DNA of 64,000 bases from Camelus dromedarius. Its lineage: Eukaryota. The stretch is taken from positions 746,001 through 810,000 of the forward strand of contig NC_087438.1 in assembly GCF_036321535.1 (NCBI RefSeq). Direction: 5' to 3'. A program made the translations under genes and the position numbers. Below, in pieces: positions 13,801-26,079 of the stretch (position 1 is the stretch's first letter; each line of letters begins with the position of its first letter). A model generated the notes under the pieces. The model was given only the letters and a program-made list of their open reading frames with translations, was not told the DNA's origin and searched no databases.

Positions 13801-16800
13801 TCTCAGCCCGGCTGGCGGCCGACTGCCAGGCCTGTGCCTCGAGGCCCCCTGGCCCCGCGACACCTCTGCCTGTCCCACAGGGACCCTACCGGTGGGCCTG
13901 GTTTGTCACTGCGAGAACCGCCACATTAGACCCTACCCAAGCAAACGCTTGTTCTACAAATCATTCATCCATCTCGTTGGTTTTGAATTCTTTTCAAAAT
14001 GGCTTCCAAAACCAGCAGACAAAACCCCTTGTCCTACAGGTGGTCAGGGCCTGAGGTGCGGGGGAAGGAAGTCCCAGCGAGCAGACCACACGGCCCAGCT
14101 GGGGAGCTGCCCACGTGTGCCCGGCCTTCCCAGGACCACTCACGTGAAACGCTGCCACGAAGAACGTCAAGGCCAGGAAGTACAGATTGGTGTCCACGAA
14201 GATCCCTTTCACCTCGTCTGCGTCCTTCTCGGAAAACCCTGCGGAGAAGGAGACCCCATGTGAGCCGGGGGACCACGAGCTACATGGGAGCCCCGAAGGC
14301 GGGGTCTGCGCCGTGTCGGCAGCAGGAGCTCCCAGTCAAAGGGGGTCTGTTATGTAAAGTGCGACTACACAGACCCCCAGGTGCTCCGGGAGAACGTCCT
14401 CACGGACGCCCGCGCTCCCAGAGTGGAACCGGAGTGAGAAACCTGCACCTCAGGCTCCAGCCTGCTAGGTTTGAGGGGAACCACCCCCCACCCCAGGGCG
14501 GCCCACCAGGCGTCCTCACCGAACTGCTGCAGCGAGAACACGGCGTCCTGCATGTGGATCCAGAAGCGCAGCCTCCCCAGCGAGATCCTGTCGTAGCACA
14601 CGGTGAGGGGCAGCTCCGTGGTGGAGCGGTTGATGACCTGGCAGGAAGGGCGGTGGTGAGGGCTGCCTGGCCACACACCCCAGGCCTGCCCTAGGCTCTG
14701 CGCCGACCCAGACCCATGCAGCCACGGTGGCTCTGGCTGGACCCAAGGCCAGTCTCCTACCTTCGCCCTTCCTCCCCTACCCGGGGTTCCATCCCCATGC
14801 TGTCCTCTTGGAACCAAGCAGGGCACCTCCTCCAGGAAGCCCTCCCAGCCCTCATCCCCTCTCAATGACCTGACCCCTGTGCGTCTCATATGTGTCACAG
14901 CCCCATGAGCTGGGGCTTCGTGGGTGTGCATGGCACCACCAGCAGGTGCTGGGGACCGGCCTGTGCTTCTGGGTTGAGCACCAGCCTGCAGGAGCCTCAG
15001 CCTCTCCCAAGGATGGACATGAGAGAGTGGCTGTGAGACCCTGCCTGCACATAGGGTCGAGCGCTCGGGAGAGGCTGCACTTGGGACAGCAGGGCAGGGC
15101 AGTCACATGCACTGGGACAGCGGGAGCTTCAGGAAGAGGTGGCACCTGAGCTGAGCTCTTGAGTATGCACAGAACTGACATGTGTGTGGGAAAGGGGGAA
15201 GTGGGGAGAGCAGTAACCCCCTCCACAGGAGTGCTATGTTCCACGGCACTGCGTGGCAGGGTGCGGTCTGCTCCCTGGGCCCCACCTCACTCACGACACT
15301 CACAGCAGACAGCAAGTGGCAGGAGCCCGGCAACCAGACGGGCCAGGATGGACTGGACACCCGGCCCCAGCATTGGTCCCCCATCCCCCGGGCAGCACAC
15401 TGGCCTCAGCAGGCAGATGGCAGGCAAGGCCCGTCCGGGGGCGCTGTCTAGGCCCCATCACCCCAGTGGGCTTGTGTCTCTCCAAAGACAGCATTCCCTC
15501 TGAAAGGTGGCTCCAAGCAAGACCAAGGACTACTGGCCAGAGAAATGGTCTGGGAGGGAGCCAGCTGGGTGCGCACGACTCTGTGTCTGAACACAGCACT
15601 GCTGATGCCAGGCCTTTGACTAAACTACATCCCCCAGGCGGTCACAAGAACAGAGATGCCTCCAGCAACCCGGGCAGACTCAGTCTCTCCCCACAGCCTC
15701 CCAAGTGCCTGCATGGGGCCGGCTCCAAGGGCCTTGCCGGCTGTGACCGACAGCCCCTCGCACCCAAGGCACTGTGCGAGTCAGCAGAACCCAGTGCAGC
15801 TCAGGTCTGCCCGCTGTGCAGGCCAGAGAATGCTGGGTAGGGGACCTCAGCTGGAGAGATCACCTAAACAGGCCCCCGTGAAACAGGGACACACCTCCAC
15901 AGAGAGCAAGCCACCAACACGGCAGGACAGCCCCAGAGGAGGCAGGCTTTGCTGAGACTTTCCTGACGAGCACATGGCCTCATGTGAGGACAGGAGCTGC
16001 GCACCCGCCATCCACACACTGAGCCAAGGGTCCTTCCAGAGCCCTTCACTGGGCGCGTGAGGCACAGGCAGGGAGCGCCCACCAGCAGCAACCCCGAGCC
16101 CCCCTGAAACACGCAGGAGCAGTGGGTCCAGGGAGTGACATCCACTCACCACGAGGTCCTTCACGCGGTTGCTGAGCTGGTCGATGAAGAGGATGGGCAA
16201 GTAGTGCACAGTCTTCCCCAGCTGGACCCTGGGGGGACAGATTTGGAGTCACCCCGCAACCTAAACCCCCAGGACTAAAGGCGGCGCAGAGACGCTGGCT
16301 GTGCCTCTCAGGATCCCCCGACTCCCAGCGTCTGCAGTGGCTCGTCAACAGTGGAGGACATGCCTCCCTGAGGGAAGCATGGGGTCCTCACAAGCTCTGC
16401 TGTTTCCCCGCCCAGCCGCAGCCCTGGGTGGGAGACCCCAGGGCCACCAGGAGGAGGGTGAGGGAACGGGGACCTGGGACACGGTGGAAAAGCATCCAGG
16501 TGGCAAAAAGCACGGCCACCTGCACTGACGTGGGTGGCCCGTGATGCGGTGAGAAGTGCCTCCACCCTCCGCGCCTGGGAGCGGGCAGGAGGCCTTTGCC
16601 CCAATGCTCCTGCTGCTGCTTTCACACTGTGAACTAGGTGAATGCGTTACACACTCGAAGATGAGATTCAAATTTTACAAAAGGGAAAACCTGATGACGA
16701 GACCCCTGGAGCCACTGGGAAATCAACAAGGGGACAGTTCTCATCACGGCTGTTTCCAGGTGACAGATCGTGACTTAACGGGGCCCCAAGGTGAAGAGTC

Positions 16801-19800
16801 GCGGGATTATGCAGGCTGATGGATCTGCCAGCTATACTTACAGGGGAAACTTACAGTGACAGGAGATCTGAGGACAAAGGTTTAGGTAACCGTAAGCGAG
16901 TCAGAGGCAACGGGCCAGCTGGCAGCTCAGGGAGTGAATGAGTGGGGCTCAGAGCTGGGCAGGAAAGCACATCTGACAGTGTCCCTCCCGCAGCCTGGCC
17001 CTGGGCTTGGCGCCGGACAGCGACACTTACATCTTCATGTACCGATGCACGTCGGCAGGCAGGGAGGCGCCGTCAAAAATGAAGTCATCCACCATCACAT
17101 TCAGGGTCAGCCTTGGTCTCCAGTGAGAAACGGGCTCATCCAGGGCACTTGTTGGCTTCTTCTCAGCTTCGAGCTGCTGCTTAATAAAAGGGTGACTTAG
17201 CAGGAGGGGCCCAGGGCACAGGGCGGAGGCAGCGCGGCCAGGGCAGCAGGGCGGCCAGCACCTCCCCTGGAACAGCCCACGAGCCAGGATGCCCGACCAG
17301 CAGGAACCAGCAGGGACCCTCAGCTGCCAGCTCCTGGACTCCTACAGCCCTCAGCAGAAGCTGAAGTGAAACTGTTTTGTCACATGTATCTCCCCGACTC
17401 CTGGTCTGCGTCCTCATTCTGAGCAGGGACCTGAGAAGGACAAGTCCCTGGGCCAGCAGGGGGAGGGGCAGGAAATCTGGAGCTAAGAGGCCTGTGGTGT
17501 GCGAGGAGCCTGAGTGGGAGATGCTTCTAAACCAGCTACGTCCAGCTGCCTGGAGGGGGATGTGTTCACGACTGGACGTCAGCCCTAAACATCACTACAT
17601 TCAGAAACAGTCTGATGTGCAGGAAACCTTTATTTCAGACGGAATTGATAAGTCCTACGAAGCACTATCACTCTATTTATCTCCTACCTAAACCTACGGT
17701 TCAGCTACAATAACTTACAAAAAAGGTGGCTTTCTGAGGAACAGAGACAGCTAACGTACACTCAGCCCCATACGTGCCAGAGACCCCTTCATACCCTTCA
17801 CATCCGCCGCCTCACTGACTCCCCGGGAAGGCCCCCAGGATGAAGGGTCACGTGGGCCCCAAAAAGGGAACGAGGGGTCTTTCCAAGGGCGCACAGCATG
17901 AGGCAGCTCCACAGACACTTTCTGGAGCGCTGCCATCTCTCTCTGTGATGACCTCGCCTCCCACTCAACACAGGCCCCAACACCAGAATTCCTGCTTCAC
18001 ACTCCACTCTGCTAACGATTGCTTACACAGCCTCCCGCCCTCCTTTGTACAGAGCTTCTGTGTGTGCATGAGAAATAATTTGTACACATGCCTTTTCCAT
18101 AATTCTGAGTTATACTCTCAAAATAAACATTCAAACGCTGTCCTGTCCTATACACAGTGTACCACCTCCCAAGGAGAAGGGACAGAGGAAAGGTTTTTGA
18201 CTGCAGCTGAGCTCCACAGAAGAGGCTGTCCTGAACCCCCCGGGGTGCACACACACCCTCTGGGGCCTGAGAAGGAACCTGGGTAAAGAAAGTCACTGAA
18301 CTCCTTAAATTGCATGTCACTAATTTGATGTAAAATTTATCTCCAAACCTATGAGGAATCATTGAGCTGAGAGGTTTGCACACCAATAACGTCAGACGGC
18401 TTTCCTTTCTAGCAGTCCAGCCCCAGATGCAAACTGCACATGCAGACACGCGTGCGAAAACTCCAGGGGGAGTGAGCAGCTTCGTTCAGCTGGTAGGTAA
18501 CCTGATGGAGACACCCACCTGAGTAGCAGACTCCCCAGTGAGCAGATTGACCTCTTCTGGTTTGGGGACCATGTAGGTGGTCAGAGGGCTCACCAGGTGC
18601 ACCTGCTTCCCATCCTGCCACGGGAGAACGCCCGCATGGTGGAGGAAGATGTAGGCGTACAGCGTCCCATTATTTCTGGTTTTCTTTGGTACAGAAACAT
18701 TAACTGTCCTGAAACAAATGACAATTCAACCACTTACATTTTACGTTCTGCGTACACACACGGTGGAGACCACTCAAGTACCCTTATAAATAATGTCTGA
18801 AACTGCACAACTGATTTTTGCTGAGAAGTACTAAAAATGAAACCCACCTGCCTAGACACCACTGAAATCCTAACCTTGGACATTTACGAAACGTTCTGAA
18901 AGTCCTGCACTTCCTGCCCCGCTTCCCAGGCTCGGGAGTCAGAACTCACTGCATGCCCAGGCTAACCAGGCCAACTCCAAGCCCGTGTGCCCTCTGCCTG
19001 CTGCACTGCCGCCCAAAGACACACACTCTTGACAAGCATATCATTTTTAACCATTTTAAAAATTACCTCGCTGAAATTCAAAACACGAGAACCATAGGTT
19101 AAATGCAACTTTAAAAACTCACGTTATGTATTTGAACACTTAAACACTGCTTGATCCGTTATTACACAGTATTTCACTTCATCATGATTTTCTGCTAAAT
19201 TCTTTCCTCCATCCCTTCTCCTTCCCTGACAGGAGACCCAACTGAGCCACTCGCACCAGGAAGACAAGCTGTTTGCTGCGGGAGCCTGTACAAGCTCTGT
19301 CCCCAGCTTCACCCCCACCACAGCACCTGCTCCTCTGGAAACCCCCATGGCTGCGCTGATCCCGGCTATCAGTGTCGGCTGCTGTAATCTACTTCCTAGA
19401 TGATAAACGACACCTGCCACTTTCAAGTGAAACCAAAGTCCAACTGTTTCTGTACCACACACACCTGCAGATAAAGCAGGAGACGGCAGGTGACACTGCT
19501 TCTCTGAGGTCACCCCTCACATGCAGAATGCTGACTTTTCCACCATCTCAACGTTAATGATGTTTTCCCATCACTCAGTCCACGTCCATACCTTTCAAAT
19601 TTGGACTGCACGTCAAAGTCCTCCACGTTCAAGACAAGATCCACGTTGTTCTCTGCACCCAGGTTGGACCGCGTGGTGGTGTACACACTGAGCTGGAAGG
19701 GACGCCAAGAAAGTCAGCTGGGCAAGACCCCTGGCGGAAAGCATACGCGGCAAACAGCGACTGGAGGGAGGGACACGCACCAGCTACCACAGGGGAAGAT

Positions 19801-20241
19801 GCACCTTAACTCCCACCTGTGACAGGATGGCGGAGCGGACGTGCCTGCTGCAAGGGACACTGTGCTACAGTGTCTGACCCGCTTCATCAGCCGGGCAGGG
19901 GTACACCGACTCTGGGCGTCTTAAGACGGGGTGAAGACGGGCCCAGGGGCCCGCGTGCGGGAAGGGTATTTAGGACACGGGGTGTGGAGTCCAGGTCTGG
20001 TTCAGGTGCGAAGGGCCTGGCCCCTGACCTCGCCCCGAAGTCAGAGGTCACAGCTCAAGTGGGAGGGGCCTGCGCTCACCTGCAGCTTGGGCCTCCGCGC
20101 CAGGTAGGGCAGGATGCAGTTGCCGCCGCCGGCGCACGGGCGGGTGTAGACGATGCCATACATGACCCAGCAGGTGTGCACCACGTACACCACGAACACG
20201 CCCACGACCAGGCTGGTGAAGGAGCTGCGGCCGCTCCACAT
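7776..20241 (-). CDS. CLPTM1L: CLPTM1-like protein (ER membrane lipid scramblase), complete spliced CDS, 17 exons, 534 aa
   Basis: Exons 20241-20080, 19692-19592, 18708-18519, 17176-17031, 16228-16150, 14637-14520, 14238-14144, 13692-13608, 12855-12752, 11865-11800, 10923-10873, 10266-10184, 9825-9791, 9299-9244, 9169-9125, 8427-8312, 7848-7776. All are GT-AG bounded and sum to 1605 nt in one frame, [16 protein letters not shown]...[14 protein letters not shown], matching recalled human CLPTM1L. Confidence 0.98.
8312..8427 (-). CDS. CLPTM1L: CLPTM1L exon 16 (116 nt)
   Basis: [38 protein letters not shown](W); cgcag| and |gtgagc. Confidence 0.96.
9125..9169 (-). CDS. CLPTM1L: CLPTM1L exon 15 (45 nt)
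   Basis: [15 protein letters not shown]; cccag| and |gttagt. Confidence 0.96.
9244..9299 (-). CDS. CLPTM1L: CLPTM1L exon 14 (56 nt)
   Basis: [18 protein letters not shown]; cccag| and |gtaaga. Confidence 0.96.
9791..9825 (-). CDS. CLPTM1L: CLPTM1L exon 13 (35 nt)
   Basis: [11 protein letters not shown](G); ttccag| and |gtgagt. Confidence 0.95.
10184..10266 (-). CDS. CLPTM1L: CLPTM1L exon 12 (83 nt)
   Basis: [27 protein letters not shown](S); tgcag| and |gtgaga. Confidence 0.96.
10873..10923 (-). CDS. CLPTM1L: CLPTM1L exon 11 (51 nt)
   Basis: [17 protein letters not shown]; aacag| and |gtgggc. Confidence 0.96.
11800..11865 (-). CDS. CLPTM1L: CLPTM1L exon 10 (66 nt)
   Basis: [22 protein letters not shown]; ctcag| and |gtggga. 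Confidence 0.96.
12752..12855 (-). CDS. CLPTM1L: CLPTM1L exon 9 (104 nt)
   Basis: (V)[34 protein letters not shown]; cctag| and |gtgcgt. Confidence 0.96.
13608..13692 (-). CDS. CLPTM1L: CLPTM1L exon 8 (85 nt)
   Basis: [28 protein letters not shown]; tttcag| and |gtgggt. Confidence 0.96.
14144..14238 (-). CDS. CLPTM1L: CLPTM1L exon 7 (95 nt)
   Basis: [31 protein letters not shown]; cgcag| and |gtgagt. Confidence 0.96.
14520..14637 (-). CDS. CLPTM1L: CLPTM1L exon 6 (118 nt)
   Basis: [39 protein letters not shown](G); gccag| and |gtgagg. Confidence 0.96.
16150..16228 (-). CDS. CLPTM1L: CLPTM1L exon 5 (79 nt)
   Basis: [26 protein letters not shown]; cccag| and |gtgagt. Confidence 0.96.
17031..17176 (-). 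CDS. CLPTM1L: CLPTM1L exon 4 (146 nt; tandem acceptor allows +/-3 nt)
   Basis: [48 protein letters not shown](M); donor |gtaagt. Confidence 0.94.
18519..18708 (-). CDS. CLPTM1L: CLPTM1L exon 3 (190 nt)
   Basis: [63 protein letters not shown]; tttcag| and |gtgggt. Confidence 0.96.
19592..19692 (-). CDS. CLPTM1L: CLPTM1L exon 2 (101 nt)
   Basis: [33 protein letters not shown](R); ccag| and |gtatgg. Confidence 0.96.
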
Positions 20242-21000
20242 GGCGCCGCCGCCGGGCCGGGCCCACCTCACTGCCGAGGGCCCCGCCGCCCGCCCGCACG
20301 CTCCGGCCGCCGCCGCCGCCGCTCACGCGAGAGCCGCCGCGCGCCGCCGCCACCTCCGGGGAACGAACCCGCCGCGCGCCGCGGGCCGCCCGCCGCCCCG
20401 CATACTCCTGTCGCCGCCGCCGACCTGTCGCCCCGGGATTCGCCGCCCGCGCCGCTTCCGAGCCCTGCACCGCCCGCCGGAAGTGGGCGCGCCGCGCGGC
20501 CCCCTGGGAAGCGTAGTCCAGCCACCGCCGCGCACGCACGCTACGTCAGGGGCGCGGTGCTTACGTCACCCGCCCGCGCCGCCCTCCCGGCATGCCCGGC
20601 GGCGTCCGCGTGTTCGGGCTTCGGCCGGTCCTGGGGGGCGTCGGCGCGTGTCTTGAAGGCGGGTGTCGGGAGGCCGGGCGCGGGGCGCCGGGCCGGGCTG
20701 TCCCCAGAGCGTCGGGCCCCCCAGCCGCCGCCCCCACCCGCTCTTCCTGTTTCCGTCGAAGAGTCGGTAGAATCAGGACCCTTGATTGCCGGGGGCCGCT
20801 GTGCCCGCTGGCCGGCCCTGCGCTGGAGAACGCCCCGCCCTCATGTGCGTTCGGGTCTCGCCTCTTCTGACTCAGCCAGAAGCATTGCGAGGCGTTTCCA
20901 GAAAGCCTGGCTGCCGTTAAAGGCCTAGAAAGTTGCTCAGGGTTTTCGGAGAAGGGGGCGGGGCTCGCCGAGGAGATGGGGGCGTGACTGCTGCGGCAGA
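19950..21000 (-). promoter_or_regulatory. CLPTM1L: CpG-island promoter of CLPTM1L
   Basis: Very dense CpG around exon 1. ETS/GABP-type CCGGAAGTG at 20477-20485, CRE/ATF-like TACGTCA at 20542-20548 and TTACGTCA at 20561-20568, several GC boxes, no TATA box. Boundaries approximate. Confidence 0.85.
20080..20241 (-). CDS. CLPTM1L: CLPTM1L exon 1 coding part (162 nt)
   Basis: gccATG start; [54 protein letters not shown]; donor CAG|gtgagc. Confidence 0.97.
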
Positions 21001-22419
21001 GACAGCCGAGGGACGGAGGCCTGGCCGGGGAGCGGGCTCTCCCCTGCCTCTTACACCCTCATCTACTCACTCTCGCCTGTAGACGCTGCATGTGGCCCTG
21101 CTGGCTTCAGCCACTGGGATGATGTGTAGCTGCACCCCGTCTCCACCTGCGCCCCGTGGAGCACACCTGCCCTCATTGCAAACCCTTTGCTGACTCCTGT
21201 TACCTGAGTGTAAAGTCCACCCACCTCGGCAGGCTGACCAGCCTTTTGCCCCTAGGCCGCCATGCCCTGTGCTCCTGCCCTGCAGGGTCAGCCGGCGCCA
21301 TACTCCGCGGCTTTGCTCACTGCTCTGCGCAGCGGAGGCAACGGAACGCTGTATGCCTCTTAAGTCTGTGAGGAACAAAGACCAACCCCACTGCGTAAGC
21401 ACAAGAGGAGACCCAGGGCGGGGGGGGTCTCATGGCATCCCAAAGCCAGGATGCGGCTGGGCCTCGGGAAGGGGCTCTGGGGTGCAGCTTCGTATCATTC
21501 TCCCGGCCTCTCAGGCCCGGTTTGGGTCCTGTTAGACTTGTGTCCCAGGTGCAGCTAGTTACTGGCGCGCAGGGACGAGAGCCGTCACGCAGAGCTGGCA
21601 GCCCTGCTGTTTGTGCAGCTGGGAACTCTGACCCGGCCTTGATGGGGGGTGGGGCTTGTGGCCTACCCAGCTTCCGCACTCCGGGTCACACCGAGGGTCC
21701 ACGCCTGGTCCTCTAGGTGAGGACGCGGCTCCCTTGGGATTTTCTTTCCCACCCACGAGAAACACTCAGCTGTTGGAAAGCTACTTGTAACATCTTTCAC
21801 GTTTCTCAGCAGCTCTCCTGGTGCTGGTGTGTAAGGTGGTATTTAGAGAGCTTCCCTGTTGAGTGGCAGTCTGGTTAGGGCCCCTCGAATGCTGATCATT
21901 CTCCGGAGAGAGGCTGCGGCTGATTCTCAGGGCCCCTCGAACGTCAGCCCTCCGGCGCTCTGTGAGGTCAAAACTCACGTGCTCACATAGATTTGTCACA
22001 AAGCCCCATGCTCTGCACCCTTTCCTCATTGGGGGGGGGCCTAGAGAAAGGGGAAGCTGCTGCAGTCCAGGGTCCAGGGAGCCCATCCTCACCCGCCCCC
22101 TCCCTTTTCTTTCCTTCTTTCATGGTGAGCCCCAAGCCGAGAGGACTCTTGGTATGATCCCATGTTTTTTACCTTATTTTCTGGCCCCAAGAACTCGCCA
22201 CCACCTCTGGGGTTGACTAACTCTTGGCAGCTCTGAATGAGCGCCACAGACCTGGGCTGCCAGGGGCAGGGCGGCGCCCTCAGTGGGGAGAGACAACCTT
22301 GGTTCTCCCTGGTCTCATGTGATACTTGCAGAGGATATGGGGGTGGTGATTATGTGAGTGGTCGTTTTATATTCATTTAAAAAGATATCCTGGTTGTAAG
22401 TTCTGGCCTTCCCCCGTTT

Positions 22420-25260
22420 AAACCAAAGTTACTGATGTATAATTTGCATAAAGAAAACCCATTCTAAGTGTGTATTTCTGTGAGTTTTGACAAATGTCTT
22501 CACCCAGATAACCCCTACTACAACAGGACAGAGAACATTCGCATCCCTTCAAAAGCTCCATCTGGCCTCTTTGCGGTCAGCACCCGCCCCCTGCCCAGCC
22601 CCCAGGCAGCACTGGTCTGTTTTCGGTCCCCATGATCAGCTGAGTCTGTTCCAGAATTTTCCATACATGGAATCATTCAGTCTTTTGTGCCTGACTTCTT
22701 TACTGAGCGTGGTGTGTGTGGAATCCATCACTGTTGTTGCGTTAATCGGGAGTTTGTACCTTTCCGTTGCTGAGTAGAATTCCTTGGTGTGTATGTACCA
22801 CAGTTTGGTTAACCATTCACCCGTGGATGGGCATCAGGGAGGTTGCCGAACAATTCTCCAATGTGATTGTACCATTTTAGCATTGCTGCCAACAAGTTTT
22901 GAGAGTTTCAGTTGCTTTAAAACCAAAACTATGTTTTCTGTCTTTTGAAGTGTATTCCTTGGAGTAGGTACACAGTAATATCCCACTGTGGTTTTAATTA
23001 TTTGCATCCTTCTGATTCCTAATGATGGTGAGCATTTCTGTGTGCTTATTGGTCATTCGTATATCTTATTTTTTTTGTTTGCAGTTTTCGTTAATGATTA
23101 TAATACATTTGAGGAGGGAGAATATTTACGCTATAAAAGCACTGGAAATTTGACACAACATTGTAAAATGATTATCAATCAATAAAAAATGTTAAAATAA
23201 ATAAATAAATAAAAGCACTGGAAAACAACTGAGTGTAAGATTGTGATTATCATAGAAATTAGAAGAATTATACACATGTATCTTCTTTTATAAAATATCT
23301 TTCCAAATCTGTCGCCCAGGGGAAGTTTGGGGCTGCGTACCAGCATGTTATCAGGCTGTGAGGGTTCACTATATATTCTGGGTGTGAGTATTTTGGAAGA
23401 AATACGTTTTGTGAATACTTCCTCCCAATGCATTGCTTGTGTTTTCTTCTTCTTAATTGTCTCAAAGCGGAAAAGGGTCAACTGCTTACAATATACCCAG
23501 TGAGTCAGTGTTACGAGGAGAGCTTTGTGTTCCCCGCGTTTCTGCCAGTTTTTGCCTTATGGGTTGTGAAGCTCTGTTACTTAGTGTGTGCTGGTTTAGG
23601 GTGTTATGTCTGCTTGATGAGCTGCCCGTTTTGTTGTTTTGAACTGTCCTTTATTCCTTTGTTCTGAAGTCTGCTTTGTCTCAAAGTGACGTAACTGATA
23701 CTTCAACTTTCCCTTTCCAGTGCCTCCCACGTCCTCCTCTTTCGCGTCCACGCCCTCTGTGTCTTTATGTTTGAAACGTGTCTCTTGTAGGCAGTTCACA
23801 GTTAGTTTCTCCTCTTAAAAAAATTCTGGTTGACAATTGCTGCCGTTCAGCTTGGGTGTTACATCGTTTCAAGTGGATGTCCTTATCAGTATGGTTTCTG
23901 TTTGTCCTGTCAGTTCTTTGTTCCCTTCCCTATTTTTCTGCCCTCTTTTCTTCTTATTATTTTTGTACTTTAAAGGTTTAAGTGTCCCTTCTTTGTTGGC
24001 CTCTCAGCCAGGCCTTGTTCTGTTCTGTTCCGTGGTTTTCCTGCTGGACAGTTGTCAGCATGCTGCTTTACCTTGAGACGGTCTGCCTTCAGGCCTTACT
24101 GCACCTCTTCACATGGGCTGCGACAGCTTCAGGTCGTGAAGTCTCACTTCTGCTCTCCTGTTTCTTGCTTACTGGTCATACTTTTCATTTCCAGGTGTGC
24201 CGTCAACTCCACTGTCATTTTTGCTTTGAGCAGTCGATTAGCTTGTAAGTCAATTGAAAATGAGCAAAGGTATGTTTAATTTCCGGGCACGCACCCGCTG
24301 TCTCGGCTCCTTTGTGCGCGCCCTGGCTCCTGGCTGGTGTTTACTCCTTGAGCCCCAATAACCCCTGTGAGCGTTTCTTGTTTGCAGGTCTGCTGGTGGT
24401 GAGTCCTGCCAACCATGCGGGTATGGAAATGAGTTTAATTTGCCCTCTCTTTTCTGAAAGATACTTTTCACTACGTGTAGGGATTCCAGGTCGGTGGGCA
24501 GTTTTTCTTCCAGCTAAATGTTAAGGGTACTGTCCTACCGTCCTCCTCGCGCCGTCTCTGGTGAGACTCGGCACCTGTGCCGTCCGCGTCTCTGCTTCGC
24601 TGCACATCGTGTGTGTCCTTTCTCTGGCTGCTTTTAGCATTTTTGGAAGAGTCGCTGGTGTTTGGCAGTTTGCTGTCACGCTTTCCCTTCTTGGTCCTGC
24701 TTGTGGCTTATCGAGCTTACTCAATTTGTGAGTTTCATCGGATTTGGAAACGCCGCAGCCAAGATTTCTTCGGCACTTCCTGTCTGCTTCCTCTTGGGGC
24801 GTGTGTGTCAGCAGCCTGCGGCCCCAGCGCCAGTGAGGCTCTGTCGGGTTTTCAGCGTCTGTCCCATCTTGTGCTGGGCCTGAGTGCTTTCTACATCTCC
24901 GTGTTTAAGCCACTGATGCCTTCTTGCAAGTTCTAAACCGCTGTTAAGCTCAGCCTGGAATTTCTCATTTTGGATGTTATATTTTTTGTCTCTGGAATTT
25001 CCAGTGGGTTTTTTATTCTTTTCTTCCCCTATGCCTTGGAGAGAACACCATACAGTAAGTAGAGCTGTGTTTTATATCTCTTTACGGCTGCACGTTGTCC
25101 GTTTTGCGGATGTACCACAGTTTATTCAACGACCTCCATATTGATTGACGACTGGGTGGTTTCCAGCCTCTGGTGATTAAAACCAGGGCTCTAATGCATA
25201 AGCTGGGACATGCATTGTCTCATATTTTTTGATGGTGCATCTCTGAAACAGACTCTAGGA
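22420..25260 (-). mobile_element. Cluster of degenerate L1M fragments
   Basis: Antisense L1M 3'-end motifs (tgttccagaattttccatacatggaatcat; gtatgtaccacagtttggttaaccattcacc; aatgatggtgagcattt). Boundaries approximate. Confidence 0.7.
23149..23208 (+). mobile_element. Very short 5'-truncated young L1 3' end with 16-bp TSD
   Basis: ttgacacaacattgtaaaatgattatcaatcaataaaaaatgttaaaataaataaata flanked by ataaaagcactggaaa at 23133-23148 and 23209-23224. Confidence 0.75.
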
Positions 25261-26079
25261 AGTGGTGGTGTTGATTCAGGTGGTAAATGCACCTGCCGTC
25301 CCAGGGACCACCCTGGTCCTTCCCCAGGTGGCCCGCTGCTCGGAGCCCTGCCAGCAGGGTGAGCTCTGCCTCCAGGGTCCTGCGTCAGCCCGCCTGAGGG
25401 GTGTGGCTCTGCCGCGGTGGAGCGCTCGCCGGTGTTTCTCTGATCACGAGAGCTGGCTGGCCCCGTCGGCACGGGGTCTGTGCTTGCTCTGTGCACCGTC
25501 TGCGCTGCACTTGGGGGGCTCAGGGGCTCACCCCGAGCACAGTGCACCCAGCCCCCACCCAGTGGGGACAAGCACCGCAGGATGCAGTCAGGAGAAGTGA
25601 AGCCCTGTTGAAGAGAAGCTGGGGAATGCGGTGTCGGGGCCACTGGGGTCAAACGTGAGAAACAGCAGGAGCAGTTCGGAGGCGGAGGCAGGGTGCCGGC
25701 TTCTGCACCTCTTCCCCGGGGGAGTCCCCTGACTTTCTAGATATCATTGCGGAGGAGTGAAGTGCCATGGCCGGTCAGTCCCAGACGCTGGGCCCGGCTT
25801 TCAGATGAGTCGTGTAACCTCTCCCAGTGTGACCTTTTGAGAAATCAGGACGATTCGCCTGTGGGAGGAGCGAATGACTGGAGACCCGCAGCCTGGGCCA
25901 GCACGAAGGGGCAGCTGGCCACGCTGGGTCGTGCCGGCCGTCAGACCATGGTTTGTCGGACAGCTGCCCTGTGAGGTGTCGCTGGGCTGGAGGGAGGGGT
26001 GAGGGGGGCCCGGCACTAGGTCTGCGTGGGTTTCCTGTGGTGGCTCCAACGTTTCAGCATCAGGCGTCCCTTGTCCGAG

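Noticed and set aside
20242..20271. In-frame upstream GTG that would add 10 aa to CLPTM1L
   Set aside because: The ATG at 20241 has a good Kozak context and matches the known N-terminus; nothing supports GTG use.
19819..20928. 369-aa + strand ORF across the CLPTM1L promoter
   Set aside because: Low-complexity Pro/Ala/Arg translation of a CpG island, antisense to exon 1; stop codons are simply rare at this GC content.
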